In this document: positions 1-12,200 of the stretch, one piece after another
How positions within the stretch are numbered: the first letter of the stretch is position 1
How the letters are laid out: each line of letters opens with the position of its first letter
Assembly (NCBI GenBank): GCA_013265495.1
Contig: MU058636.1
Coordinates: forward strand, 2,790,001-2,836,248
Direction of reading: 5' to 3'
Length of the DNA stretch: 46,248 nt
From: Vicugna vicugna
Taxonomy: Eukaryota
Notes under the pieces: model-generated
What the model was told of the DNA's origin: nothing
The model's database searches: none
The model's input: only the letters and a program-made list of their open reading frames with translations
Program-made: the position numbers and the translations under genes

Positions 1-789
1 CCCTTCCAGGTGTCACCTGACCACTTCCGTCCTGGGCTTTCCCTCCCCCCCCTTCTAATCTGTTCTCTGGAAGCTCTGACATTCCGGATCCAGTGTGCAG
101 GAAGTTACTTAATATTATGCTGTATGGAACTTTAAGTGTAAGGGGTGGGACGTGGATGGGGCACTTCATGACACGTATTTGGGAATCTTGAGGCTCCCAT
201 ACATAGCCATCCAGTTTGGGGACCAGTTTGATCCACAGGTAAATAAAACGTGAGTGCAGTGTAGGACATCACCTTGATAAGAAACCTGTCTGAATCTGTT
301 ACGGGGCATTTGAAATAGCTGGCAGCTTGAAAATGCCCTTCCTCTGACTACTGCCACGTCTCTGGTGTCCTTCCACAAACCATTCACACGCCTGTGGGGA
401 GGGAGACCGGCTGTCAGTCTGCCCCCGCTTCACTAGGGGAGCTCTGTCCTGAGATCTCATGCATTTAAGACTTCAGTGCTTTTATAAAATTGACCACAGC
501 ATGTGCCCCGTGTGAAGTGGCATATTATCATTAATCATTAAAGTGTCACAAAGCTTGTCAAAAATCCAGCGGTCCTGAATTTCACATTTTTCACACTAAT
601 TGGCAACTCCCAGAAAGGCCCTTCCTGAGTACCGTGGACCAGAGGCGAATGCCACAGTAACGTCTGTGAGCTGTGGGCCCTGATACGTACCGGAATTCAG
701 CTGTTAGTTCAGTAGAGATTTATGTGGTGCCTAATGCGTGCTTTTCCTCCCAGTGGGTCTCCTCCGCCAATGTTCACATTTCCTTAAAC

Positions 790-1530
790 AGCACCGCCAT
801 CCCCAGTTGCTCAGACCAATATCGTGAGTCAGCCTCGATTCCTGTCTTTCCTTCACCTCCCCGGTCCAGTCCAGGAGCACGTGCAGGTGGCTTTGCCTCC
901 TAAATGCATTGCACATCCATCCGGCCTCCACCAGGCTGCAGCCTCGGGCCCAGGCACCGTCACATCTGCCTGGACCTCAGAAACGTCCTCGCCTTTGTCT
1001 GTCTATTCCCCATGCAGCCACCAGGGGGCCCCTGTGTTCTCCCTGTGTAAGACTGTCGGGGGCTTTCCAGGCCCCCGAGTGCAACCCTCGCTCCTCTCCG
1101 GGGGACCACTGGCCCTGCGTCATCTGACTCTCCCTCTCTCGATTTTCACCTCCTCCACTGTCTCCCTTATGGACCCTCCATCCCTGTTGTCTTCCTGTTC
1201 CTTAAGTGTGCCGAGTCTCCCCACCAGGGCCTTTGCTCATGCAGTCCTTCCTTCTGGAACCTCCTCCACTGTCGTTCACAGCCACCCGGCTGGTGTTTTC
1301 CCAGGGCGCCTTCCGTCCACCGGCGCCGAGGTACCCTGCGCCTGGCCCCAGCCCTCCCCTCGCACTGTCCTTATTTCACTTTTTCCCTGCAGTTATCACA
1401 GGTTTTCACTGCCTAACATTTTGCTGTTGGAAACATTTGCCCTTGCCTTTATTTGTCCTCCTGACAGCGTGTCTTGCACATCACGGGACTAGGCTGTGGC
1501 ACGTAGCAGGTGCTCAGTAAATTCAACTGC
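790..1530 (+). mobile_element. LINE-2 (L2) 3' fragment, old and degenerate
   Basis: L2-like phrases: 'cagttgctcagacc', 'cagggcctttgctcatgcagtccttccttctggaac', and terminal 'ggcacgtagcaggtgctcagtaaat'. Boundaries approximate. Confidence 0.65.
1015..1033 (+). promoter_or_regulatory. CTCF-like motif
   Basis: cagCCACCAGGGGGCccct contains the CTCF core CCACCAGGGGGC. Confidence 0.4.
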
Positions 1531-2187
1531 TGTCTGTTGCCTGCCTACCTGAGCACAGATTCAGAAGTGGCTGTGATGCAGCCCCTGCCCACTGGGGAGG
1601 GAGACAGACAGGTCAAGGGGTGGCTGCGGTTCGATACAGGGAGTGCTCGAAGTCTGGTATGCCAGAGCCTCCCCTTGCCTCTGAGCTACTGAAACCCGGG
1701 AGCACCGGGGCTGCGGCGGAGAGGGGAGGCCCTGCCCTCTAGGGCCTCGCCGCCCCCGCGGCGGCTCGGGGCAGTGAGCTGCCCTTCCTCAGCCCCCACC
1801 GGCTGCTGGATGCTTGTCTGGGGGGCGGGGAGGGCAGGGTGTGCCAGGTGGATGGCATCCAGGAAGCGCTGTGCAAACGCAAGCTCTTGTTTTTACGGTG
1901 ACCACCGTTTAGTCCCCGACGCTGGAGATGCCTCAGGGACCCGCAGAGATGCCAGGAGACCCACTGGCCCTTTCACACTCCTAACAGTCCTAGTCCGTGA
2001 ACCTCACCTTCTCCATTTCAGCCTCTCCATTCTCTCTTCTTGACGTTTTCATCAAAAAGAAACTCCTAAGGAAAGAGAACAGGGCTGCACAGGGCAGAGT
2101 GGCCAGGATCCCAGGCAGCGTGTTTCACCGACTGACCCTCTGGCCTCCTGCGGTTCCCTGTGGTCTGACAAGTGTGGACGGAGCCCT

Positions 2188-2206
2188 TGGCCGCCAGAGG
2201 GCATTT
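2188..2206 (+). promoter_or_regulatory. CTCF-like motif, forward
   Basis: TGGCCGCCAGAGGGCATTT resembles the CTCF consensus TGGCCACCAGGGGGCGCTA. Confidence 0.5.
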
Positions 2207-2216
2207 CCAGACATCA

Positions 2217-2235
2217 TAGCGCCCCCTGGTGGGCA
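2217..2235 (-). promoter_or_regulatory. Near-consensus CTCF motif, reverse
   Basis: Reverse complement TGCCCACCAGGGGGCGCTA matches the consensus TGGCCACCAGGGGGCGCTA at 18/19 positions. Confidence 0.75.
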
Positions 2236-2289
2236 CTGATCTGTTACAGGACCGTTGCCATCAGAAAACACCACAAAAAACTTCACAAA

Positions 2290-2590
2290 GATGCTCATAA
2301 TCTTTAGCCCCTTTAATTCCACTCCTAGGAATTTATGCTGATTTATATATATATATATATTTTTTTTAATGTATATATCCCAAACCAAATATCCGACAAT
2401 AAAGGCATATAAATTATGGTGCATCAGCATGAAAATAAAAGGTAGCCATAAAAATATTAAGCAGGAAGACATAGAAAATTCCTCACAGAATATTAAGAAT
2501 TCACACCACTGCAACAGCTGTGAAAGGTTTATGCCATTGAAAGTTTCATTTTCTTTCTGTAGTGAGATTATGGGTAATTTTTAAATTACG
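2290..2590 (+). mobile_element. Old L1 (L1M) fragment
   Basis: 'aattccactcctaggaatttat', 'ccaaatatccgacaataaagg...aaattatggtgcatc' resemble the L1M ORF2 end/3' UTR. Contains a short (TA)n at about 2344-2360. Confidence 0.55.
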
Positions 2591-2702
2591 CTTGTTTCCT
2601 TGAAAGTTAGTTTATCTTTTCAATTACTCCCCATCTCTCCAAGAAACCATTTAATCTTTGGTCTGACTGTGCGCCCCCCTGTCAATGTGTAATGATGCTG
2701 AC

Positions 2703-3066
2703 TGTCAGTTTGCCACGGCCGCCATAACAAAGTGCTGCAGACTAGGGGCTTCAAAAGCAGGAATGTATTTCCTCACCATCCTGGAGGCCAGAAGTCCAAG
2801 GTCAAGATGCCAGCAGGGCTGTCTCTCCTGAGGTCTCTTCCCTCGGCTTGCAGACGACCACCTCCTCCCTGTGTCCTCACATCTTCCCTCCACAGGTGTC
2901 TGTGTCCTGAGGACTCCAGTGATGCTGGACTGGAGCTGGCCCTAAAGGCCTCATGTAACTTCCTTACCTCTATAAATCCTGTCTCCACACGTGCTCACAT
3001 TCTGAGGCACTGGGGGTGTGCACCTCAGCGTGTGAGCTCTGGGGACGCACAGCTCAGCCCAGAACA
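2703..3066 (-). mobile_element. MaLR solo LTR, MLT1B-like
   Basis: tgtcagtttgcc...gccataacaaagt...ctggaggccagaagtccaaggtcaag...cacattctgaggcactggggg...cagcccagaaca. TG...CA ends, flanked by ctgac/gtgac (5-bp TSD, 1 mismatch). Confidence 0.85.
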
Positions 3067-4931
3067 GTGACTGTTGCTGTAGTACCACTTGTTTATATAC
3101 GGTACCATTTCTTCATACTTAGATGACTTGTTTTGTGATTGTCATACCTGAAGCACTTCCTGTGATGCAAAAGGCTGTGTGATGTCATTCCTTATGCTCC
3201 GTCATGAGCTTTAGACCCAGACACTTGTCTTCAGTTCAAGTCTCGGGCTGTAATTACCAGTCCCTGCTTCCTCTCTGGTAAACTAGTAACGAGTTGTAAT
3301 TATTCAAGGGACGCTTGGGCAATTGTTTAAAGAAAATTGATCTTCCTAACTGAGTTTTCTCCCTCTCATTTGATTTATGAACTGTGTTGGGTTAGCTGTA
3401 TTCTGTGTACACACACGTGCTATATATATATATATTCATACCTACATACATATTTAGTTATTTAAAACTGTGCAACAGACTCTGAGTCTATTTTTGCTTT
3501 TCAGACTCATGCTTCTGAATTAGAAATGTTATCATGCTCTTAGCCATTCATAATTCTTTTGTTTTAGAGATTATTTTCTCAGCTTCCTAGAGACTCGAGG
3601 GATTTATTATTGTGGTGTTCACCTCTCACGCTAGAAAGGACCAAATGTTTTCTCATGAAGGAAAAAGAACGGATGAAAGCAAGACTCCAGGTGTTGTCTG
3701 ATGCTACTAAATTAGCTGATGTCAACCTCTGTCTGCAAAACGCCCAAATAGGAAATGTCTTTGAAGATTTACTTGAGGCAAGAGAATGTTTATTTTTTAG
3801 GGACTCCACTATTGGAGCCCTTTCCCGGGTGCCTCGGCTGCAGGTACCTGGTGTCTTCTGCAGCCCGGGGTCACCGGAGGAGGAGGTGCCACCTCTCGTA
3901 CGCAGCGGTGATGGGGAACTGGGGGGCTGGTGCTGCCTGTGAAGGTGCGGCCACTCCGCTACTTCGCTGACGGCAAAGCCCCAGCCGCCACGGCTCCTCA
4001 TTCATGTGAGGCAGCAGTGCCGTCCAGGGGCAGCTCTAGGGTGAAACCAGTCATCCCTGAGCCCCCGGACAGAGCGCCAGATCCATGAGCCATCCTGCCA
4101 CGAGCATAAGTAAAATTGCAGGGAGGATGGAAGAGGCCTGTCCTTTCTGACCGCGGGCGACCACGGCCTTTTCAAACCCAGTCTTCTTGATCGTGGTGGT
4201 AATTTTTAAAATGTTTTTACTCATAAAACATGCAAACAAATAATAGGATATTAAATACCTACCACTGCAGGTGTTCCCTGGGCAGTGAGTCCTGCAACCT
4301 GGGCATACAGTCTCCAAGGGGGGAGGGACAGACGGAGGGTTAGAAATGCAGGCCCATTTCCATCACAAGAAGGAATTACGTATTCATACCATGTATCTGG
4401 CCTGTTTTTGTTCAACAGTATGTTACAGATCATCCCACAAGAGCACCAAAAGATTTACCTCATTTTTCACTGGTTCCCCATCTCCCATTGGATGTAGGAT
4501 TTGTCCTATGTGTATATAGAATTTAATCATCTTTTTTTTTAACTAGCCCCCCACTATTTCTCCAAGGCACGTCATGCTGTAGTAGTCTCCGCGATCAGAT
4601 TTTTTTGGTGCCCTGGTGAAACTGTTTGGTTAAAGGATATGTGTTATTCAGTTTTTTTCTCCAGTGGAACCGATTTGTTAGTTTCATTTCTTTACCTGTT
4701 TTATTCTAGCTAGGCAATCTGTCTAGTCAGTTTGTTGTTTTGGTCCCCTGGAGTTAAAGATACAGATATTAATATATGAAAAATACCTTTTCCCATACAA
4801 GATAGTACTTATTAAAGAAAAATACATGATAAGCATATTTTACTATCTTCATTTGAGTTTTATATGCTTTGTCTCTAGTTAAGAAACAATAAGAATAGTT
4901 CTTAGGTTCTGTTAGGCTCCACATACAACCA

Positions 4932-4958
4932 TGTGTGTGCGTGTGTGTGCGTGTGCGT
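4932..4958. repeat. (TG/CG)n dinucleotide microsatellite
   Basis: tgtgtgtgcgtgtgtgtgcgtgtgcgt. Confidence 0.8.
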
Positions 4959-5090
4959 GTAAAACTGTGATGGTGGAGTTTTAGTTTGCCAGCGTGTATC
5001 TTCACCATTGTTATACAGAGTTTTAAAATCCAAATATGAAATTTCCTTCTACAAAAATATCTAAATTTATCCTCCCTGAAATATTATAAG

Positions 5091-5510
5091 AACTTTATTG
5101 AGCTATAATTCACATACTAGACAGTTCGTCCATTTAAAGTGTACAATTCAGTGGTTTTGAGTGTATCTACAGCGTTGGACAATCGTCACTACAGTCTGTT
5201 TTGGAACATTTGCATCACCCCCGACTCTTCCTATGTCACCCTTCTTGTGTGCCCATCCCTGCCATTTAAATCCGGAAAGATACCCGTGCCCTCTGGAGCA
5301 GCCTGTCAGTTACGCTCCCACCGTCAGTCTGAGGAATGCCGGTTTCCTCTTACGCTTTAGCATCTGAGTACTTCATCTTGACCAGCCTTAGAGATGAAAA
5401 ATCATCTCTTGCATTGATCTGCGTGTTTGGAGTCATGAATGGTGCTGACCGTCTGTTCTCATGTTTCTTGGCTGGCTGTGCCTCCTCTCTGGACTGCTTC
5501 ATTGACCTGT
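5091..5510 (-). mobile_element. Old L1 (L1MB/L1ME-like) 3' end fragments
   Basis: 'aactttattgagctataattcacatac...catttaaagtgtacaattcagtggttttgagtgtat...ggaacatttgcatcacccc' is the typical antisense L1M 3' terminus. Confidence 0.75.
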
Positions 5511-6489
5511 TTTAAATACAAACAAACGTGGTTGTCACTGCTTTATTTTGATCCCAAGGAATGGGTGGGCAAGATGCCTGGGGCAGAGACCACTAAGACG
5601 TTATTTCACCTGAATTAGGGAAACAAGAGCACACTCCAGAGAACCTCCCCCCTGCCCCCGTGCACCCAGAAGCCCGCCCTGGGGCTCATTACCTAGTGGC
5701 GCCCCATCCTTGGGGTCTGTGCAGAGGGCTCTCTGCCCTCCCCATATGTAGGTGAGATGATCGCCCCCCTGCCTCAATTTTGACTTTTTCTCAAACCATC
5801 AACACTGTTTTTTAATGGCCATTCCATGGGTTTTGTTCTATTCTGTTAAAACCCAGCCACCCCAGAAGGAACCTGTCTTTATCGCCTCACCTCTTCCCTA
5901 GTCTGTGGACCCTGACAGCTTTCTCACTCGCTGAGGTCCCTGGTGAGATCCCTAACACCGTCCCCAAGGTGGAGGGCCTTTGGGAACAGCTGGAGCTGTT
6001 AAAGCTGTAGGTCAGACTCCTGGGAACAGGCGAGCCCTCGCCGCTACCTCCGGGCCTGAGCCGCTTTGGCCTTTCGTTCCTGGTAGGTCCTTTCTGTGGG
6101 GACCGTGCCCTCCCCTAACCTCTCACTTCCAGGGACCAGAAAGCCTCATCTGCTCCTCCTGTCCCACTTATTACTGAGCGAGCAGAACCCCGTCTCCCTA
6201 CCCGTGCTGGGAAGCCCGGTGCTCGCCCAGCCATCTGTCCTGACACCTACCTCGCAGAAAAGATGTGACAATAACGTATCTATTCAAGGGTATTCCTAGT
6301 CTATTTGACACCTGGCATGTGTAGCACTCCCTCCTCTACACCACAGTCATTTTCAGTACGACCTCGTGACAATCTGTCATAAGCATTATTTTCCTGACTC
6401 CCTGCATAAACAGTTAAAAAAGAAGAAATTCCAGTGTAAAGATTATTCAAACTGATGAATATTTCAGATGAGAAGAGCACAGGGCCAGG

Positions 6490-6910
6490 GCTGTGGTTTT
6501 CCTGCCAAACATTCATGACCTAAATCTAATAATGAGGAAAATTCAGACAGACTGAATTGAGAAGCATTCTACAAAATGACTGGCCGGTCATCTTCAAAAG
6601 TGTCCAGGTCCCAAAGTCCGGGGAAGGCTGAGGAAGGGTCCCAGGCTGAAGGAGACTCAGGAGACGGGGCAGCTAAATGCAGCTCGTGGTGCAGGACGGG
6701 ATCCTTTTTCTAGTTAGAACGTCAGTGGTACAACTGGAGAAGCTCTGATGGGTCTGAGCGCTGGACGGCACTTTTGGGTCAGCGTTGATTCCTGCTGTAG
6801 GTGACTGCATTGTGGTCCTGTAGGAGAATGCCCTTGTTTGTAGAGAGTATGCCCTAAGGAATTCGGGGTCGATGGGACAGTGGTCAGTCTCTGACTCTCA
6901 GATGGTTCGG
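6490..6910 (+). mobile_element. L1MC4-like 3' UTR fragment
   Basis: 'aaatctaataatgaggaaa...gcattctacaaaatgactggcc...tcttcaaaagtgtc...ggagaatgcccttgtt...tctcagatggttc'. Confidence 0.7.
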
Positions 6911-7899
6911 GGTGGGGGTCGTTTGCCCACCACCCCTCCCTTGGTACACCCTGATTACATCGAAAATCCTAACAGCTTCCCCAGATTATGCCCCAGAATC
7001 CTCCCTCCCAATCTTGGGACGCGGGGCCAGTTGAAGCCCTGGACCGAGAAGGCTGTTGGGGACCGTGTTAGGCTGCTGGGCGGACCAGATTCTTATACAC
7101 TGTTCACCCAGGGCAAGATGCCTCTGCAACATCCAGCCCACCCATCACTCTTTTCACGAGGGAAAGAATGTTTTTGAACATCCCCTGTGCTAATGAAGAA
7201 ACGCTTTTAGAGCGAATGTGGCAAAGAAGCCCTTGAAGTATCTGCCCCCTTAGGGCTTCTGATTAGGGTATTTCGAAGGCTGTCTAACTACCTTGGCTGT
7301 CTGGTCCTGATCATAACCAACCACCCCTAAGGTGTAGGTTATCCTTAACCAGTATATGTTCTTGCTCACTCAGTTTTAAAGTGAGTGACCAGCCTCCCCA
7401 GCGGGCAGCACAGAGCACCTCTGTGGCGTATGAATGATGTGGATGTGCACCTCGACCGCCGTGCGCGGGTGTATCACCTCCATTTGATCCAAACATAGTA
7501 GATCGTCAGGGAAGGTTTTCTCCTTCTTGGAAGCAGTTTGCAATTGTGGAAGAGATTTTACAAGGAAAGCAGGCCTCTGCTGCCCACAGCCCAGGGGGAG
7601 GTGTGAACACTAAGAGGGGAAGGTGGGACAGGCGCAGGGCAGAAGCTGCCGTCACAGCCTCCTCCCGGGGAGGCAGAGCAGGACTGTGCTGGGCCGGTTA
7701 CCCATCCTCCCTTCAGTGGGGAGGGACGGTGCTGGTGAAGCCTTGACCACCTGAAAGGAACCCCCCACACCCTCTGCGATTGTCCTGCATTTCAGCCTGG
7801 AGAGACTCGGTGCCCCCCCATCCTGTCTCCAGCCTCCAGGTGTGCCCAGGTCTCAAGCTCCGGTGGGCGTAAGAGTCACCGTGGTCCTCGTGAAAAGTT

Positions 7900-8020
7900 T
7901 ATGTGCCAGGCTTCTGTCCCAGGGGCTCTGATCCACCAGGGAGCACCTAGGAGTGTGCATTTTTAACAAGTACCCAGTCTTTGTGATGCCCGTGGTCTGT
8001 GGCCCCTCGGAGAAACCCTG
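7900..8020. mobile_element. MER5-like hAT-Charlie MITE fragment
   Basis: 'tgcatttttaacaagtacccag...gatgcccgtggtctgtgg...gagaaaccctg'. Confidence 0.5.
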
Positions 8021-8345
8021 ACCTAGCAGCAGGAGCGCAGGGCTTGTGGTCGGGAAGCCCAGATTTGCCTTCACAGTTCTTTCCTCCGAGCTGGGCCCTG
8101 TCACCAGAGCTCCCCGGGGCTCAGCTTTCACCCCGACATCCAGGGCCTGTCGTGCGGATCCCACACGGTAGACAGGACAGCGCTTTACAAACTGTGAAGC
8201 TCTGCAAAAGGAAGGGGCTCTCGCCCTGGTCCTCACGTCCATCCTCCTCGGTGGTGTCCCCGTGGGCGTTGCAGAGGCTCAGGTGTGATGCTTTCGGGGC
8301 CTCCTAACCCGTCTTCCCAAAGTGTTGCTCTCTCCCCGCCCCCAG

Positions 8346-8560
8346 CCTTCAATACCGCGCGGTGCGAGAAGCTGCAGAAGGAGAAGGAGGAGCTGGAGCG
8401 GCGGTGTGAGGACCAGCTGCGGAGGCTGGGCTGGCAGCAGCGGGCTGAGCTGCAGGACCTGGAGGAGCGGCTGCAGCTGCAGTTCGAGGCGGAGATGGCC
8501 CGGCTCCAGGAGGAGCACCGGGCGCAGCTGCTGCGGATCCGCTGTCAGCACCAGGAGCAG
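8346..8560 (+). CDS. MTUS2: MTUS2 internal coding exon (first in window): (A)[19 protein letters not shown]...[10 protein letters not shown]
   Basis: Pyrimidine tract + cccag acceptor at 8345 and CAG|gtcagt donor at 8561. 215 bp, phase 1 to 0. Peptide matches the recalled MTUS2 coiled-coil region. Upstream exons lie outside the window. Confidence 0.93.
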
Positions 8561-8734
8561 GTCAGTCTGCGCTCTGGGCCGTTACCATCCCTGCCGGCGG
8601 GGTCGCGAGCGGGAGGTGGAGGGCAGCCAGCCCGCTTTAGCGGGGAGTCCTGGTCGGCAGGTGAGCCTCTTGTCTGCCCACTCTCCCACCTCGTTTCTTT
8701 CTTCTGTCCCTTCCTGTCGTCCCCTCCAGCCACT

Positions 8735-9022
8735 CCAGCCTCCCTCCCTTGTCCTCCCAGGCACACTCCCACCTCCGGGCTTTTGCACATGCTGTGTCCT
8801 CTGCCTGGAATGCTCTCCCTCTAGACACACCATGACTCCCTCTCTCCCTCCCTTCTCAGGAAGGCCTTTCCTTATCCAAAATTAGACCCCCTTCCCAACC
8901 ACATGGGTACCCTTCCTGTCCCCTTCCAGCTTTAGAGTTCCCTTGGCACTTACTACTACCTAATGTGTGATGATGCGTTTTACTTTGTCCCCATTCATCG
9001 TCTGCATGTTCCATGAGGGCAG
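8735..9022 (+). mobile_element. L2 3' fragment
   Basis: 'ctccgggcttttgcacatgctgtgtcctctgcctggaatgctctccc...ttccatgagggcag'. Confidence 0.7.
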
Positions 9023-9039
9023 TGATAATAACACACACG

Positions 9040-9250
9040 TATCTCGCATTTGCTGTGCCCCAGGCCCTGCTCTTAACTCTACAGGCACTAACTCATTGAA
9101 TTCCCACGGTAACCCTCCCAGCTGGGTACCATTATTATCCCCATTTTATAAGCAAGAAAACCAAGACCCGGAGGTTAAACAACTTGCCATACTTCACGGT
9201 CATGGAAGAGCCAGGGTTGAACCCAGTCTGGCTCCAGGATCTGTGTTAAG
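9040..9250 (-). mobile_element. MIR SINE
   Basis: MIR core in antisense: 'attattatccccattttataagcaagaaaacc...gaggttaaacaacttgcc...gagccagggttgaacccagtctggctcca'. Confidence 0.8.
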
Positions 9251-12200
9251 CACGAAATTAGAGTTGTCTGCTGGGTGAACGGTCGGATCTCAGATGCAGG
9301 GCTGCCTGCACGGAGCAGACCTTCAGTGTGTATCTGCCTAATGAAGGAAGAATTCCTCTAGTTAACCTCAGCCCAGCAGACTGGCTGGAGAGTGTAATTC
9401 TTCCTGGAAGAGCTAGAGAAGAGCTTCCAGGGAGCCTGTGGGGCTGAAAGCAGGTGGGAGCCAGGCCCGCCCATCTCCTCGCCCGCTGCCCTGTCCACCA
9501 CTGCGCCGGCATCGGCATGAGGCAGGCGGGTGCCGACGAGCTCGCTCTGCCTCCGTGAGAACTGTTCCTGCTGCCTTCTCATCTTCCTGAGTCCCCAGGG
9601 CCCCCATGCCTTAGTGCCACCTCCTCATGGGTGTACTGTGACCTGTCACTTGCTTGTGGCATTCCTAAGGTAAACTGGCATTTGCGAGGAGGAGCGTGGA
9701 GCACCCTTTAACTCTCACAGTAGTGCCGAGTGGCCCCTCATTCTCATGAGCATCTGGGCCGCCTTCCAGGATACCTCGGAGGGCGAGGGTCCCCAGGGGC
9801 TAGTGAGTCCTGGGGGCGCGGGGGAAGTCTCAGAGTAATGGTAAGCACTGTCATCGGAATGAACAGCCTCCTGTTTGATGGCACTTTCTTCTACTCAGCA
9901 TCTCAGGTGAGTCACCGTCCTTTTCTAAAAGCCTATGGAAACCAGACACACCAGCCTGCTGGAGGCGGTGTCGATTTAGAGGTCAGGAAACGGATAGGTT
10001 AGAGCTGAAGTTACCTGCTGGGCTAAGATTAGAAACACACCTCCAGCCTCTGGCTCCTCAGCTCAGGCTAAGTGGGCACATGCGCAGCTGCTGCCTGTGG
10101 GCTGCCCTGCCTCGTGGCTCAGACCTGGCGCAGGCGTCGGCTCTGTCTGTGCCCCGCATCCCAGGGCTCCTCATTTCCGATTTTATGCAGAGAATGTGTT
10201 TATACCCGTATTCACCGACTTCTGGGCCGAAGCTCTGGGTTGGTTGAGAAGATGCCGAGAGGTAAGAGGAAGGGTGGGAGGCGGTCCCCAGGCAGGAGAA
10301 TGAGTCTCTGAATGAAGGCCCACATGGGGGTGCCGTGTGTGGAAACCACGGAGCTGGGGCCGCTGCCGAGGGGCCGTCCACTGGTGGAGCGGGGCCCCGA
10401 CAGAACCTCGCGAGGCTTTGTGGGTGCGGGAGCGCCTGCTGGGGGTGCGGTCTCACCTACCCAAGCCGGGCCGGCAGCCTCTTAGAGACCACACAGTGGG
10501 AGGGATGCAAGGCCCTGACTTCTCCGTCTGAGAATGAGTTACCTAAGCTACCTATGTATATTTTAACAGTGTCTGTCTCAGGAGGGCTGAGTTCTGTTGT
10601 TCTTGATCCTTTGTAACAGCTAAAGTGATTCATCCATTTATTCACTCGCCTGTGCAAAGGATGCTTAGCGAACGCCTGCTGTCCACAGGGCCTCAGACAG
10701 AAAGCTGCAGGAGACGCCAGGATTTGTCAAATGTGAACTTGCTTGCTCCGCAGCCTCGGGTGACGGGCCTGGGGACCTTTGTAGGCAAGTGCCCAAGAAA
10801 CTATGATACCGGGTGAGCAATCCAGCCGGTGTGTTTAGGAAGTGAGAGTTTGTGTGCAGCTGCGAGGACGAGGGAGAACTTCATGGTGGAAATGGCATGT
10901 GCACACTTTCCATCTGAGTAAATCTTTCCTGTAGAAACCCACTGGCTTGGCGGGGTGGGGCGGGGCGGGAGTGGGGAATGGTTGGTTTAAATCTATGAAT
11001 TATTCAGGCCCCGGATTCTGCTCCTGCTGCTGAATGCTGACTGCCGTCCCGACCTTCAGCTTCTCCAGCAGAGAGCACGCAGGCAATGAGCAGGAAGACA
11101 AAACACACAGCAGTCCATGTGCTAATTTCCAGGGAGAGAAATTGCGCACGTTTGGTCCAGGAAGGCGGCTCCGAGCACGGCCGCAGTGGAGATCTGGAAG
11201 GTCTGTGGTTCCAGGTACCCGTGCTGGACCCCCATACTCCGGTCCTCCTCATGGGGACAGTTGCATTTGGCAGTGCTAGTCCACACGTGGTGATGTCTCT
11301 GTCCTCCTCGAGCCTTAAAAGTCAGGTTCACCAGCCCGGCCTCCCGCGTGCCCCAGCGCTCCAGGCGGCCGCGGGGAGGCTGCTTCTGTTCGGACGCAGA
11401 ATCCTCTCAGGCTTTACTCCCAGCGGGAACTCCCTTGCCAAGGTAGGCTGACCTCTGACTTTATTGCGAGATTGCCCCCAGGAAAATCACCCTTCCGCTC
11501 GCCTTGAGGGCCATAGGCCCTCTCTCTCTGGCCACATCTGGGAATCACCTGGGGGGACTTCTGGCAAAACACCCCTTCTGTCCACACCCCACGCAAATGG
11601 AATCAGAGCCACTGAGCAGGGCTCCCCAGGGCCCAGAGCTGCAAGGTCGGAGGACGTGCAGGACCTCGTTCTCCAGTCCTGCAGCCTAGTTAGGGCCTGG
11701 CCTCGTGGCTTTCTTCTGTGACTTTAAAAATATGGTATGACTCTGACTTTAAACTGGAATTATAAAGGTGTTTAATCCAATCAGTGATCATGCTGAAGCT
11801 AGCTGCACAGTGACAGAAGCCGCTTGCTGGAGCTTCCCTGCCTCAGAGTGCACAGAACAGGTTTTCTACCGTAAACACACATGCTTTTCTCTTTTTTACT
11901 CCAAACATACCCACCCACAAAGCCTGGTATTCAGTGATCAGCCTCGGGACTTCTGCCTCCATCCCTCCAAGACCCTTGGGCAGTTCCTCTCGCTCCCTGA
12001 CCTGGCCCCGAAGCCCCTCGCTCAGAGCCCTCTGGCTCCTGGGGGCGTCCTGGATTCTACTCAGTCCTGAGAGCTGTGGGTTCATTGTTTGGTGCTTAAA
12101 TGTTTGCTTTGTCTCGTATCCAGGACATGCTTTATAGCCTTCATAAAGAAATCATCCCTTTAGACCAACTGCCGGGCACGGCATCCCCAGTGCTTAGTCA

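Noticed and set aside
8285..8824. 179-aa ORF as a stand-alone gene (likewise 24373-24927 and 40803-41054)
   Set aside because: These are MTUS2 exons whose frame stays open into the flanking introns. The extensions are non-coiled-coil and partly L2-derived.
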